Origin: Chloroflexota bacterium
GTDB lineage: Bacteria > Chloroflexota > Dehalococcoidia > UBA2979
DNA length: 64,000 nucleotides
Direction of reading: 5' to 3'
Assembly: GCA_027593235.1 (NCBI GenBank)
Contig: JAQCIU010000014.1
Location: forward strand, 1-64,000
Positions 36,440 through 48,313 of this stretch are shown piece by piece. Below the pieces are notes generated by a model. The model searched no databases. It saw only the letters and a list, made by a program, of their open reading frames with translations, and had not been told where the DNA came from. The position numbers were made by a program, and so were the translations under genes. Numbering within the stretch: position 1 is the stretch's first letter; every line of letters begins with the position of its first letter.

Positions 36440-37693
36440 TCAGGCGCGCGACACGTCCGCTCCGAGGGCGCAGAGCCGCTCCGCGAGGTGGGCGTAGCCG
36501 CGATCGAGGTGCTCGATGCCACCGACCGAGGTCTCGCCATCCGCCGCAAGCCCGGCGATCACCACCGCGGCGCCGGCGCGGATATCGAGGGCGCGCACTG
36601 CCGCGCCGTTGAGCCGTCCGCCGCCTTCGACGATCACCGTCTGCCCGCCGGTGATGATCTTCGCGCCCAGCGTGCGCAGTTCGCCGACGTACAACGTGCG
36701 GTTGTCGAAGACCCGCTCGTGGATCGTGGAGACGCCGGGCACCTGCGTCAGCGCGGCGGCCATCGGCGCGTGCAGGTCGGTCGGGAAGCCGGGGTAGGGC
36801 ACGGCCTGCACCTGGACCGGCCGCAGCTTGCGGGGACAGGAGACGCGGACACCGCGGCCCTCGATCGTCTCCACCTTGGCATCCAGTTCGTGGAACTTCG
36901 CGATCAGCGAATCGAGCGCGGCCGGATCGGCGTTGGTGACGTGCAGATCGCCGCCGGTCGCGAGCCCCGCGAGGAGGTACGTACCGGCCTCGATACGATC
37001 GGGGATCACCTCGAAGTCGGTGCCGTGCATCCGCTCGACACCCTCGATGGTCATGATCGCGGTGCCGTGGCCGGTGATCCGCGCGCCCATCGAGTTGAGC
37101 ATCGCGGCGGCCATCTCCACCTCCGGCTCCGCGGCGGCGTTGACGATCGTCGTCGTGCCCTCCGCGAGCGCGGCGGCGAACATCACGTTCACCGTCCCGA
37201 GGACGGAGGGATAGTCGAGGAAGATGCGCGCGCCCGTGAGCTTGGGGGCGCGGGCGACCCACTCTGCGCCGGAGCGGCTCACCTCGGCGCCCAGCGCGCG
37301 GAAACCGGCCAGGTGTACATCCAGCGGTCGTACGCCGATCACGTCGCCGCCAGGCGACGCACAAGCGGCCTCGCCGGCCCTCGCGAGCACCGGGCCCATC
37401 ACGAGGAAGGAGGCGCGCAGCGCCATCACCAGCGCGGTCGGCGGCGCGGTCGCGGTGAACTCTCGTGCCTGGATGTAGACGGTCGTCCCGTCGACCTCGA
37501 CCTCCGCCCCCAGTGCGCGGCAGACGTCAGCCATCTCGCCGATGTCGGCGATCTCGGGAACGTTGCGAATGGTGACGGGGTCAGCTGAGAGGAGGCCAGC
37601 GGCAAGGGTGTATAGCGCGGCGTTCTTGGATCCGGAGACGGCAACTTCGCCCTTAAGGGGCCGGCCACCGCGAATGACGAAGCGCTCACTCAT
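36440..37693 (-). CDS. murA: UDP-N-acetylglucosamine 1-carboxyvinyltransferase
   Basis: SGSKNA, RAS, PGGDVIG.RP, PDRIEAGT, PGFPTD, DIRAGA and LDRGY motifs. Confidence 0.95.
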   Translation of the reverse strand: MSERFVIRGGRPLKGEVAVSGSKNAALYTLAAGLLSADPVTIRNVPEIADIGEMADVCRALGAEVEVDGTTVYIQAREFTATAPPTALVMALRASFLVMGPVLARAGEAACASPGGDVIGVRPLDVHLAGFRALGAEVSRSGAEWVARAPKLTGARIFLDYPSVLGTVNVMFAAALAEGTTTIVNAAAEPEVEMAAAMLNSMGARITGHGTAIMTIEGVERMHGTDFEVIPDRIEAGTYLLAGLATGGDLHVTNADPAALDSLIAKFHELDAKVETIEGRGVRVSCPRKLRPVQVQAVPYPGFPTDLHAPMAAALTQVPGVSTIHERVFDNRTLYVGELRTLGAKIITGGQTVIVEGGGRLNGAAVRALDIRAGAAVVIAGLAADGETSVGGIEHLDRGYAHLAERLCALGADVSRA

Positions 37694-37787
37694 CAACTGA
37701 ACGATACCTGCGGTCCCGGTCGCACGCGAGAACTCAGCTCACCGGCGGCCTACCGAGGACTGACGGGGCGAGGTCCGAGGACGGCGG

Positions 37788-38237
37788 TTAGTTGGAGCGG
37801 ACGGTCGGCGCGCCGGAACCGTGCTTACGACGGCGAACCTTCATCCGCAGTAGCGCCCGCTGTACGGAGAGCTGAGCGCGGAGCAGGTCGAACTGCCCCT
37901 CGCCCAATTCCTGGGTGCGACCGGCGAGACGCGTCTCTGCCCGCTTGCGGGCTTCGTCCGCGCGATCCTCGTTGATGTCGTCGGCATGCTCGGCCGCGTC
38001 GGCCAGCACGGTGACTTCGTCGTGCGCGACCTGTAGGAAGCCGCCGTGAATCGCGATCGGCTCGACGCCGCTCGGGGTGTACGCCAGCATCTCGCCGAGG
38101 CCGAGGCCGACCATCAGCGCCGCGTGGCTCGGGAGGATGGTGAGCTGGCCGTCCGAACCGGGTACGACCAGGCGCGTCACATCGTCCCGTTCCAGGACGG
38201 TGCGGTCAGCGGTGACGATCGACAGCGTGAGCGGCAT
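37788..38237 (-). CDS. atpC: F1 ATP synthase epsilon subunit
   Basis: IVT, GQLTILPSHA and GGFLQV..VTVLAD motifs. Confidence 0.92.
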   Translation of the reverse strand: MPLTLSIVTADRTVLERDDVTRLVVPGSDGQLTILPSHAALMVGLGLGEMLAYTPSGVEPIAIHGGFLQVAHDEVTVLADAAEHADDINEDRADEARKRAETRLAGRTQELGEGQFDLLRAQLSVQRALLRMKVRRRKHGSGAPTVRSN

Positions 38238-38244
38238 GGTGATG

Positions 38245-38328
38245 ATCCCGTCGCGTCGCGACTACTGCTACTTCCGAATCCCGTCGCTACGCGACGAGTG
38301 ACCGAACCTGCCGGACGGCAACTACTGC
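38245..38328. repeat. Duplicated mini-hairpin motif between atpD and atpC
   Basis: ATCCCGTCGC-nnn-GCGAC at 38245-38262 and 38278-38295; ACTACTGC occurs twice. Confidence 0.55.
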
Positions 38329-38345
38329 CGCCCGGGCGTCTTTGC

Positions 38346-40662
<2,317 letters not shown>

Positions 40663-40706
40663 AGCTGGCCCCGCTCCCCTGTGCTTTCAGTTGCCTCGAC
40701 GCGCGC

Positions 40707-42236
40707 CTAGTAGGCGACGCTGCCGAGGAATTCCTCAATCGCGCTCTTCAACGAAGCCTCGGTGGCCTCGTCCAGATCGCCCGTCGACATGATGGTTTCC
40801 AGGATCCCGGAGTGGTTGGCCGCCATGAATTCGTGGAAGGCCTTCTCCAGGTCCAGCACCTTCTCCACCGGCACCTTGTCCAGGTGGCCGCGGACGCCCA
40901 TGTAGAGCACCGTGACCTGCTGGGCCAGCGTCAGCGGCTGGTACTGCGGCTGCTTCAGCAGCTCGGTCAGGCGCGCACCTCGGGTGAGCTGGAGCCGCGT
41001 CGAGGCGTCCAGGTCGTCCGTGCCGAACTGCGCGAAGGCCTGCAACTCGCGGTACTGCGAGAGGTCCAGGCGCAGGGTGCCGGCCACCTTCTTCATCGCC
41101 TTGGTCTGCGCGTCACCACCCACGCGGGACACCGAGATGCCCGGGTTGGTGGCCGGTCGCTGACCGGAGTTGAAGAGGTCCAATTCCAGGAATATCTGGC
41201 CGTCGGTAATCGAGATGACGTTGGTCGGGATGTAGGCGGACACGTCGCCGGCCTGCGTCTCGATAATCGGCAGCGCCGTAATCGATCCGCCGCCCAGCTC
41301 CTCGGTGACGCGCGCGGCGCGCTCCAGGAGACGGGAGTGCAGGTAGAAGACGTCGCCGGGGTACGCCTCGCGTCCCGGGGGGCGCTTCAGCAGCAGCGAG
41401 ACCTCGCGGTACGCCCAGGCGTGCTTGGAGAGGTCATCGTAGATGACCAGGACGTCCCTGCCCTGGGCCATGAAGTACTCGGCGATCGCGGCGCCGGCGT
41501 AGGGGGCCAGGTACTGCAACGCCGCGGACTCCGCGGCGGAGGCAGTGACCACCACCGTGTGATCCATCGCGCCGTGCTGTTCGAAGATCGCGACGGTCTG
41601 GGCGACCTTCGCGTCCTTCTGGCCGATCGCGACGTAGACGCAGAGCACGTCGCTGTTCTTCTGGTTGATGACGGCGTCGACGCCAATCGCGCTCTTACCG
41701 ATCGAGCGGTCGCCGATGATCAGTTCGCGCTGACCACGGCCAACCGGAATCATCGCGTCGATCGCCTTGATGCCGGTCTGCAGCGGCTGGTCCACGTGGA
41801 CGCGGCTGACCACGTCGGGCGCGATGCGCTCCACCGGGTAGCTCTCGGTCGTGTTGATTGGCCCGCGCTCGTCAATCGGGTCGCCCAGCGCGTTCACGAC
41901 GCGCCCGATCAGCGCCTCGCCCACCGGCACGGACGCGACCAGGCCCGTCGTGCGGACCTCGTCGCCTTCCTTCACCGCGGCGTAGTCACCGAGGATGATC
42001 GCGCCGACCGTCTCTTCTTCGAGGTTCAGCGCCAGTCCACGAATCGGCCGCCCTTCGAGGTCGGTCGAGCTGAACTCGAGCAGCTCCGAGGACATGCACT
42101 CGCCGAGACCGTGAATCTGCGCGATGCCGTCTCCGGCAACGATCACGGTGCCAACGTTCGCTTCGACCGCTTCCGCGTCAAAGCCCTCGATTTGCTGCTT
42201 CAGGATCGAAGCGATCTCTTCAGCTCGAACTACCAT
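40707..42236 (-). CDS. atpA: F1 ATP synthase alpha subunit
   Basis: [35 protein letters not shown] and SVSRVGG motifs. Confidence 0.97.
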   Translation of the reverse strand: MVVRAEEIASILKQQIEGFDAEAVEANVGTVIVAGDGIAQIHGLGECMSSELLEFSSTDLEGRPIRGLALNLEEETVGAIILGDYAAVKEGDEVRTTGLVASVPVGEALIGRVVNALGDPIDERGPINTTESYPVERIAPDVVSRVHVDQPLQTGIKAIDAMIPVGRGQRELIIGDRSIGKSAIGVDAVINQKNSDVLCVYVAIGQKDAKVAQTVAIFEQHGAMDHTVVVTASAAESAALQYLAPYAGAAIAEYFMAQGRDVLVIYDDLSKHAWAYREVSLLLKRPPGREAYPGDVFYLHSRLLERAARVTEELGGGSITALPIIETQAGDVSAYIPTNVISITDGQIFLELDLFNSGQRPATNPGISVSRVGGDAQTKAMKKVAGTLRLDLSQYRELQAFAQFGTDDLDASTRLQLTRGARLTELLKQPQYQPLTLAQQVTVLYMGVRGHLDKVPVEKVLDLEKAFHEFMAANHSGILETIMSTGDLDEATEASLKSAIEEFLGSVAY

Positions 42237-42290
42237 CGGAGTCCCCCTGGGGCGCTTCCTTGATGCCGCATACTTGCCGTCGCGGAGACC

Positions 42291-42836
42291 TTAGCGGGTC
42301 ACTCGCTCCAGCTCTCGTCTCAAACTGCGCAACCGGGTGCGCGTTGATGCGTCGAATAGCCGGTCGCCGATACGGACGGTGAGGCCCCCGAGGATCTCGG
42401 GGTCCACGATCGTCTCCATCGTGACCTGTTTGCCGGTCTGTGCCGCCAGTTGCCGCTGCACCGCCGCGCGCCGCTCGTCGTCCAACGGAACAGCCGTACG
42501 CACCACGGCGCGCGCGATGTTCCGTTCCTCGTCCAACAGCTCGCGATAGAAGGCAGCCACTGACTGGCCAAGCGACAACCGCGACTTCCGGCGAAGGAGA
42601 CGGAACAGGTTGAGCTGCTTCGTCCCGATCCCCGGCTGAGCCTGCTCGACGATCGCGGAGAAGCGATCGTCAGTGAGGCCGTCCGCCTGCAGTGCGTTGA
42701 CGAACGCGGGGCGTCCGGTCAGCGCTTCGAGCGTCTCGACGGCGGCAAGCCAGTCGTCGAGCGTCCCGTCCTGGCGCGCAATCTCAAGCGCGGCCAGCGC
42801 ATAGCGTCGTCCTGCGATGTCGCGTGATCCGGCCAA
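42291..42836 (-). CDS. atpH: F1 ATP synthase delta subunit
   Basis: RRYALA and VDPEILGG..VRIGD..FDAS motifs. Confidence 0.92.
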   Translation of the reverse strand: MAGSRDIAGRRYALAALEIARQDGTLDDWLAAVETLEALTGRPAFVNALQADGLTDDRFSAIVEQAQPGIGTKQLNLFRLLRRKSRLSLGQSVAAFYRELLDEERNIARAVVRTAVPLDDERRAAVQRQLAAQTGKQVTMETIVDPEILGGLTVRIGDRLFDASTRTRLRSLRRELERVTR

Positions 42837-42859
42837 CGTCTACTCCCCGTCCGCCGGAA

Positions 42860-43507
42860 TCAGTTGTTGCCGTCCTGGCCGAAGCGAGCTTCGACCAGTG
42901 CCTCGTCAATCAACCGCTGATGTGCATCGCGGTCGATCGCCTGTCCCACCACACGCTCGGCGGCGCGGATCGTCAGGTCAGCGAATTCAGAACGGAGCTG
43001 TTGCACCGCCTGCTCGCGTTCCAGCGCGATCTCCTCGCGAGCGCGGCTCACGATCTGATCGGCTTCGCGCCGTGCCTGCTGTTCCAGCTCCTCGCGGAGC
43101 CGTCCCGCCTGCTCCTGCGCTCGTGCCGTCGCCTCGCGGGCCTCGGCGCGTGCCTCCTCGATGACGCGACGTGCCTCTTCCTCGCTGGCGGCCGCTTGCG
43201 TGGCTGCCTGCTCGGACCGCTGGAGGCCTTCCTCGATGCGGTGCTTCCGCTCGTCGAGGACCTTCAGGATCGGCTTCCAGAGGAACAGCCGCAGCACGAC
43301 CAACAAGATCGTGAAGTTGACGAGCTGCGCGACCAAACCGGGTAGGTTCAGACCCAGCGCGGCGATGCCCTCGACCTCTTCGGTCGCGGACGCGACGCTC
43401 GGCACGGCCGCCAGTACGCCGGCAATTGCCAGCGCCTGGAACCGACGCGAACGCAGCCACGTCATGCGTGGGTGCTGCATCCCCTGTGGTCGTCTCAATG
43501 ACCTCAT
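42860..43507 (-). CDS. atpF: Fo subunit b with N-terminal extension
   Basis: QLVNF..L...L..FLWKPI...LDER followed by a coiled coil; GAGGAG RBS before ATG 43507 (alternative ATG 43465). Confidence 0.9.
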   Translation of the reverse strand: MRSLRRPQGMQHPRMTWLRSRRFQALAIAGVLAAVPSVASATEEVEGIAALGLNLPGLVAQLVNFTILLVVLRLFLWKPILKVLDERKHRIEEGLQRSEQAATQAAASEEEARRVIEEARAEAREATARAQEQAGRLREELEQQARREADQIVSRAREEIALEREQAVQQLRSEFADLTIRAAERVVGQAIDRDAHQRLIDEALVEARFGQDGNN

Positions 43508-43608
43508 GTCGTCTCTCCTCGGTATCGGGTCGCGCGCCCAACCCCCGCCGCCCTGGCGAATGCGCTTCGGGCGCAGGGGCGGACGCGCTCCCACCGTGAG
43601 TGCGAGGC

Positions 43609-44001
<393 letters not shown>

Positions 44002-44022
44002 TCAATCACTTGTTCCCGAGCG

Positions 44023-45168
44023 CTAGTGCGCACCCTCTTCACCGTGGTCGTCACCGTGATGCGATACCGCCGTCACCGCGAAGACCAGTGTGAGGATGGC
44101 GAACACGAACGCTTGAATCAGGCCGACGAAGAGCTCCAGCCCGTAGAAGACGTCCACCAGTACGAATGGCACCAGGAACGTCATCATCAGCAGCAGCACC
44201 TCGCCGGCGAAGATATTGCCGAAGAGTCGGAAGGTGAACGACACCATCCGCGACAGCTCGGAGACGAACTCGAGGATCCCGACGAAGACGTCGATGACAC
44301 CACCGAGGATGTCGCCCTTGAGAAGTTTCCCGAAGCTGAAGAACTTCGTGAGGTAGCCGACGCCCAGCGTCTGCAGGCCCCAGAACTCCACGAAGATGAA
44401 GGAGAAGATCGCGATCGCGAGCGGCGCGTTCACGTCGGTCATGACGGAGCGGAAGTAGGGGGCGACCAGGCCGGAGAAGCCGGTCACCGTGGCGCCCTCG
44501 GACGGGGCGGCAGCCTCTGTCGCGGCGTTGAACTGGTCGGTCGCGGCGGGCGGGTTACTGGAAACGACGGCGAGCGAGCCAAACGCGGACGAGTGGCTGT
44601 CGGCTGCGCCTTCCTCGGCGTGGCCGAACTCGATCTTCGTGCCGTCGCTGTACTCGACGTACGCGACCTCCCCAGAACCAACGTCCACCTGCCCCGGCTT
44701 GAACGGGATATACGCGACGTCGATACCGGCAACGGTCCGCTGGCCCATCACGGCCTGCTTGTCGCCGAAGTTCGGCTCCGTCAGGCCGATCACGTTGTTG
44801 ATTGGCAGCAGGCCGAAGTAGTTGGAGGTGAGGATGAAGAAGAAGATCGTCGCGACCAGCGGGAAGAAGCGCCGCCCGTTCTTCTCGCCCGCGACCTGGA
44901 CCACAAGGTTGTAGAACACCTCGACGCCGGCCTCGACCGCGCCGCTGAATCCGCTCGGCACCACGGACAGGCGCGGGCCGACGATCAGGGCCATCAGGAT
45001 GAGGAACAGGACCACGAACCAGGACGTGAACATCGTGTTCGTGACGTCCAGCGGGCCCCAGTGGAACACGGTCTCAGGGGCGACGATGATCGCCGGTGAC
45101 GCGCCACCCACGAAAAGGACGCCTACGGCGATCAGCGCGATGGCGGCGACGGCAATCAACCACTTCAT
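44023..45168 (-). CDS. atpB: Fo subunit a with large loop insertion
   Basis: VTNT, FIL.SNYFGLLP, SFTFRLFGNIFAGE and LIQAFVFAILT motifs. Confidence 0.93.
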   Translation of the reverse strand: MKWLIAVAAIALIAVGVLFVGGASPAIIVAPETVFHWGPLDVTNTMFTSWFVVLFLILMALIVGPRLSVVPSGFSGAVEAGVEVFYNLVVQVAGEKNGRRFFPLVATIFFFILTSNYFGLLPINNVIGLTEPNFGDKQAVMGQRTVAGIDVAYIPFKPGQVDVGSGEVAYVEYSDGTKIEFGHAEEGAADSHSSAFGSLAVVSSNPPAATDQFNAATEAAAPSEGATVTGFSGLVAPYFRSVMTDVNAPLAIAIFSFIFVEFWGLQTLGVGYLTKFFSFGKLLKGDILGGVIDVFVGILEFVSELSRMVSFTFRLFGNIFAGEVLLLMMTFLVPFVLVDVFYGLELFVGLIQAFVFAILTLVFAVTAVSHHGDDHGEEGAH

Positions 45169-45228
45169 GCGTTACGCCCCCGGCAGCCCCGAGCCGTTGA
45201 ACAGACGAACGGCGTCATCGTCTGGCGG

Positions 45229-45441
45229 CTAGGAGCCGTCAGACTGTCGGATGACATCACGTAGTCGTCGATAGGCTTCAAAAAACCCCGCCATCAGTCC
45301 AAGCAGCAGAAACACCAGCGTCCAGAGCGGATCGGTCCCGAAGCGCTGATCGAGCCAGTGACCGAACAGCGTCGACCCTACGATCAGCACCGCGAGCGTC
45401 GTTCCGATCCCCACCAGGGCGAACGCTGGCGAATTCATCAT
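45229..45441 (-). CDS. AtpZ/AtpI-family accessory protein
   Basis: GHWLDQRFGTDP motif between two TM helices; first gene of the atp operon. Confidence 0.85.
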   Translation of the reverse strand: MMNSPAFALVGIGTTLAVLIVGSTLFGHWLDQRFGTDPLWTLVFLLLGLMAGFFEAYRRLRDVIRQSDGS

Positions 45442-45510
45442 CAGCCCGACCCCAACGAGTGGAGCAGGACCAGCGGGACGGTAGCACGGGTGATCAAGTC
45501 GATCAACCGA

Positions 45511-45528
45511 TTGTGACTTGGTGCACGA
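45511..45528. promoter_or_regulatory. Candidate Rex operator upstream of the atp operon
   Basis: TTGTGACTTGGTGCACGA versus consensus TTGTGAAnnnnTTCACAA (3 mismatches). Confidence 0.45.
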
Positions 45529-45576
45529 TCGGACGGATTATGGACACGCCCGGCGAACTCACTGACACTGTTGTGA

Positions 45577-46113
45577 CTATTCGCCGCGGTTCCCGAGGTC
45601 GTCCAAGTCCAGGCCCGAGACGAAGTCGCGAAAGACGGACAGCTTCTCCAGCTCCTCGGCGGTCGCGGGGCGCGCCACCTCGGCGCCGGCGCCCTCGATC
45701 GGCTGGCCCTCGTCGTCCAGCACCACACCGGCGCGCTCCAGCACGTCGTCCACGACGTAGATCGGGACCTCCGCGCGGACCGCCAGCGCGATCGCGTCCG
45801 AGGGACGCGAATCGATCTCGAGGGTCACGCCGTCGCGTTCGATCCGGATCTGGGCGAAGAACGTGTCGTCCTTCAGATCGTTGACGACCACGGAGACGAC
45901 GGTGCCGCCCAGTTCCTTGATCAGGTTGCTCAGCAGGTCATGGGTCTGCGGGCGAGGAACGGACACGTCCTGGAGGCGGAACGCGATCGCGTCCGCGACA
46001 TCCGCGCCGATCCAGATCGGGAGGTAGCGATCAGCGTCCTTCTCTTTGAGGACGACCACTCGCCGATAGTGTCGAAGGCCAACGCGGATGCTATCGATCA
46101 CGAGTTCGATCAA
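45577..46113 (-). CDS. Bifunctional nuclease family protein (DUF151)
   Basis: LPIWIG, PRPQTHDL and IDSRPSDAIALA motifs; GAGGAG before TTG 46113. Confidence 0.9.
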   Translation of the reverse strand: MIELVIDSIRVGLRHYRRVVVLKEKDADRYLPIWIGADVADAIAFRLQDVSVPRPQTHDLLSNLIKELGGTVVSVVVNDLKDDTFFAQIRIERDGVTLEIDSRPSDAIALAVRAEVPIYVVDDVLERAGVVLDDEGQPIEGAGAEVARPATAEELEKLSVFRDFVSGLDLDDLGNRGE

Positions 46114-46206
46114 GCGTCGCTCCTCGGCGGGTCGCGCGGCGACCTCAGCGGATCGAGTGTAGGAGTCGCCTGTTCGGGCGGTCAACGAATGTCCGAGATG
46201 GCCGGA

Positions 46207-46467
46207 TCAGCGATCTCCCGGATCGGGCGACGGAACCTCACTCCCGAAGAGCGCCGCCTCGATCGCCGGGTCGATCGGTGCGCCCCGTTCCAGCAGTGCT
46301 TTCGCCCGCCGGTGCAGGGTGGGGCGGTCCATCAGGATCCGCCGTTCGCACCCGTTGCAGCGCAGGCCGATGTCCGCGCCGACGCGCACTACGGTCCATG
46401 CGTGCGCGCCACACGGATGCGCCTTGCGCATCTCGATCACGTCGCCCATGCGCACATCGAGGGCCAT
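46207..46467 (-). CDS. DUF951 family protein
   Basis: MRKAHPCG...W...RVGADI.L.C..C motif. Confidence 0.9.
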   Translation of the reverse strand: MALDVRMGDVIEMRKAHPCGAHAWTVVRVGADIGLRCNGCERRILMDRPTLHRRAKALLERGAPIDPAIEAALFGSEVPSPDPGDR

Positions 46468-46485
46468 CAGCGGGTGAGGGCGCGC

Positions 46486-47334
46486 CTAGCGCGCTGCATT
46501 GATCGCGTCGCGCAGCACGCGTGCAGCGTCGTACGCGGCCTCGGCCCAGCCGCCCACCGCGCAGCCGTTCTTGAACGGCTGCGCGTACAGCACGCCGCGC
46601 GATGCGTTGACCAGCACGCCGCGTCCGTTCGCGTCGATCGCCGCGCCGACGGCGGCGTTGATGTCGCCCTGCTGGGCGCCGACGCCCGGCAGCAGCATGA
46701 GCTGGTCCGGGCAGATCGCCCGCACCCGCGCCGCCTCTTCGGGGTAGGTCGCGCCGACTACCAGGCCGACGTTGCCCTTCACGTTCCAACCTCGGGACAG
46801 TTCGGCGACGCGCTCGTAGAGGCGCACGTCGCCGGCCATCATGTCCTGCAGATCGCCGGCGCTCGGGTTCGAGGTGCGGCAGAGCACGAAGACGTGGCGA
46901 TCCTCGTAGGCGAGGAACGGCTCGAGTGCATCGATGCCCAGGTAGGGGTTGAGCGTGACGGCGTCGACCCCGACCCAGTCGTACAGCGCGCTGGCGTAGG
47001 CGGCGGCAGTGTGACCAACATCGCCGCGCTTCGCGTCCAGCAGTACCGGGATGTGATCCGGCACCGCGGCTACCACCTCGCGGAGGATGCGCCAGCCCTC
47101 GTCGCCGTACTGCTCGAAGAACGCGGCGTTCGGCTTGTAGGCGCAGACCAGCTTCGAGGTGGCTTCGATGACGCCGATCAGGAAGTCGCGGACGCTGACC
47201 CCGGCGGGGATGCGATCCGGGTCCGGATCGAGGCCGACGCAGAGGAGCGAGTTGTTCGCCTCGACCGCGCCGTCCAGCCGCTCGCGGAAACGCCCGGCGA
47301 TTCGTGTACTCGGGCGTGCCTCGGTTGTCGTCAT
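46486..47334 (-). CDS. pyrF: Orotidine-5'-phosphate decarboxylase
   Basis: LCVGLDP, YKPN.AFF, LDAKRGDVG.T, RTSN, VVGAT, PGVGAQ and NASR motifs. Confidence 0.95.
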   Translation of the reverse strand: MTTTEARPSTRIAGRFRERLDGAVEANNSLLCVGLDPDPDRIPAGVSVRDFLIGVIEATSKLVCAYKPNAAFFEQYGDEGWRILREVVAAVPDHIPVLLDAKRGDVGHTAAAYASALYDWVGVDAVTLNPYLGIDALEPFLAYEDRHVFVLCRTSNPSAGDLQDMMAGDVRLYERVAELSRGWNVKGNVGLVVGATYPEEAARVRAICPDQLMLLPGVGAQQGDINAAVGAAIDANGRGVLVNASRGVLYAQPFKNGCAVGGWAEAAYDAARVLRDAINAAR

Positions 47335-47336
47335 GC

Positions 47337-48188
47337 TCAGCTCCCCACCGTTGCCAGGCGTCGCCGGATATTGGCGAGCGCCGGCAGTGTCTCTCCAACG
47401 TCGCGCAGGCAGTCCACGGCGGCTGCGAATGCGCGACGGTCACCTGTCACATCGTAATCCACCGGGCGCACAGCGCCCGCTGTCACGTGCTGCGCGACGC
47501 CCTCGAGGACGGCGAGCGTGCGTCGTGCGACCGCGTCCGCCGCATCGATGATCGCCACGTGCTCCGGGAGCAGCGTGCGCAACGGCGCGGCGACGAAGCC
47601 GTAATGCGTGCAGCCGAGGGCGACCGCGTCAGCGCCGAGGGCGATCGGTTCACGGATCGCCTGCTCCAGCATCGCCAGCACCTGCGGATCGCGGGCACGC
47701 CCCGCCTCGATCAGATCGGCGAGGCCGGGCATCGGCACGGTGTGCACGGTCACGCCAACGGCGTGATCGGCCTCGAGGCGCGCGAAGCGCTCACCGGCGG
47801 CGGTGCCGGCGGTCGCGAGCACGATTACGCGTCGGCTTTTCGTCTGTTCTGCGGCGGGTTTGAGCGGCGGCTCCATGCCGATCACCGGCACGGGCAGCTC
47901 CGCGCGCAGCCGTTCGAGGGCGGCGGAGGTGGCGGTGTTGCAGGCGACGACCAGCGCGGTGCAACCGCGATCGACGAGCGACTGGCCGACTACGAGGACG
48001 CGTGCTTCCAGTTCGGCAGGGGACTGCCCGCCGTAGGGGAAACAGGCGGTGTCGCCGAGATAGAGGATGGGCAGCGCGGGGGCGCGGGCACGGAGCGCGC
48101 GGGCAACGGTCAGGCCGCCAAGACCGGAATCGAAGATACCGACATGGGCGAGCACGGCCAGCTCCACCTCCGGTGGGGGCGCAGACAC
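47337..48188 (-). CDS. murI: Glutamate racemase
   Basis: FDSGLGGLTV, PYG, VACNTAT and LGCTHY motifs; alternative GTG start at 48155. Confidence 0.95.
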   Translation of the reverse strand: MSAPPPEVELAVLAHVGIFDSGLGGLTVARALRARAPALPILYLGDTACFPYGGQSPAELEARVLVVGQSLVDRGCTALVVACNTATSAALERLRAELPVPVIGMEPPLKPAAEQTKSRRVIVLATAGTAAGERFARLEADHAVGVTVHTVPMPGLADLIEAGRARDPQVLAMLEQAIREPIALGADAVALGCTHYGFVAAPLRTLLPEHVAIIDAADAVARRTLAVLEGVAQHVTAGAVRPVDYDVTGDRRAFAAAVDCLRDVGETLPALANIRRRLATVGS

Positions 48189-48313
48189 CTCCAGCCACGT
48201 TACCAGAGCGTCCTCGCACGGCAGCAGGTCACATTCCCCGGTCCCTGTTCGGAGTGGGAACCGCCCGCTACGATCAGGAGGCCCTGACGTTTACGTGCAC
48301 GTGAATCACGGAT

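Noticed and set aside
35402-37588. Long antisense ORFs (also 50486-52537, 61025-63406, 40812-42263 and others)
   Set aside because: Shadow frames of well-supported genes in high-GC DNA; Arg/Gly/Ala-rich with no recognizable motifs.
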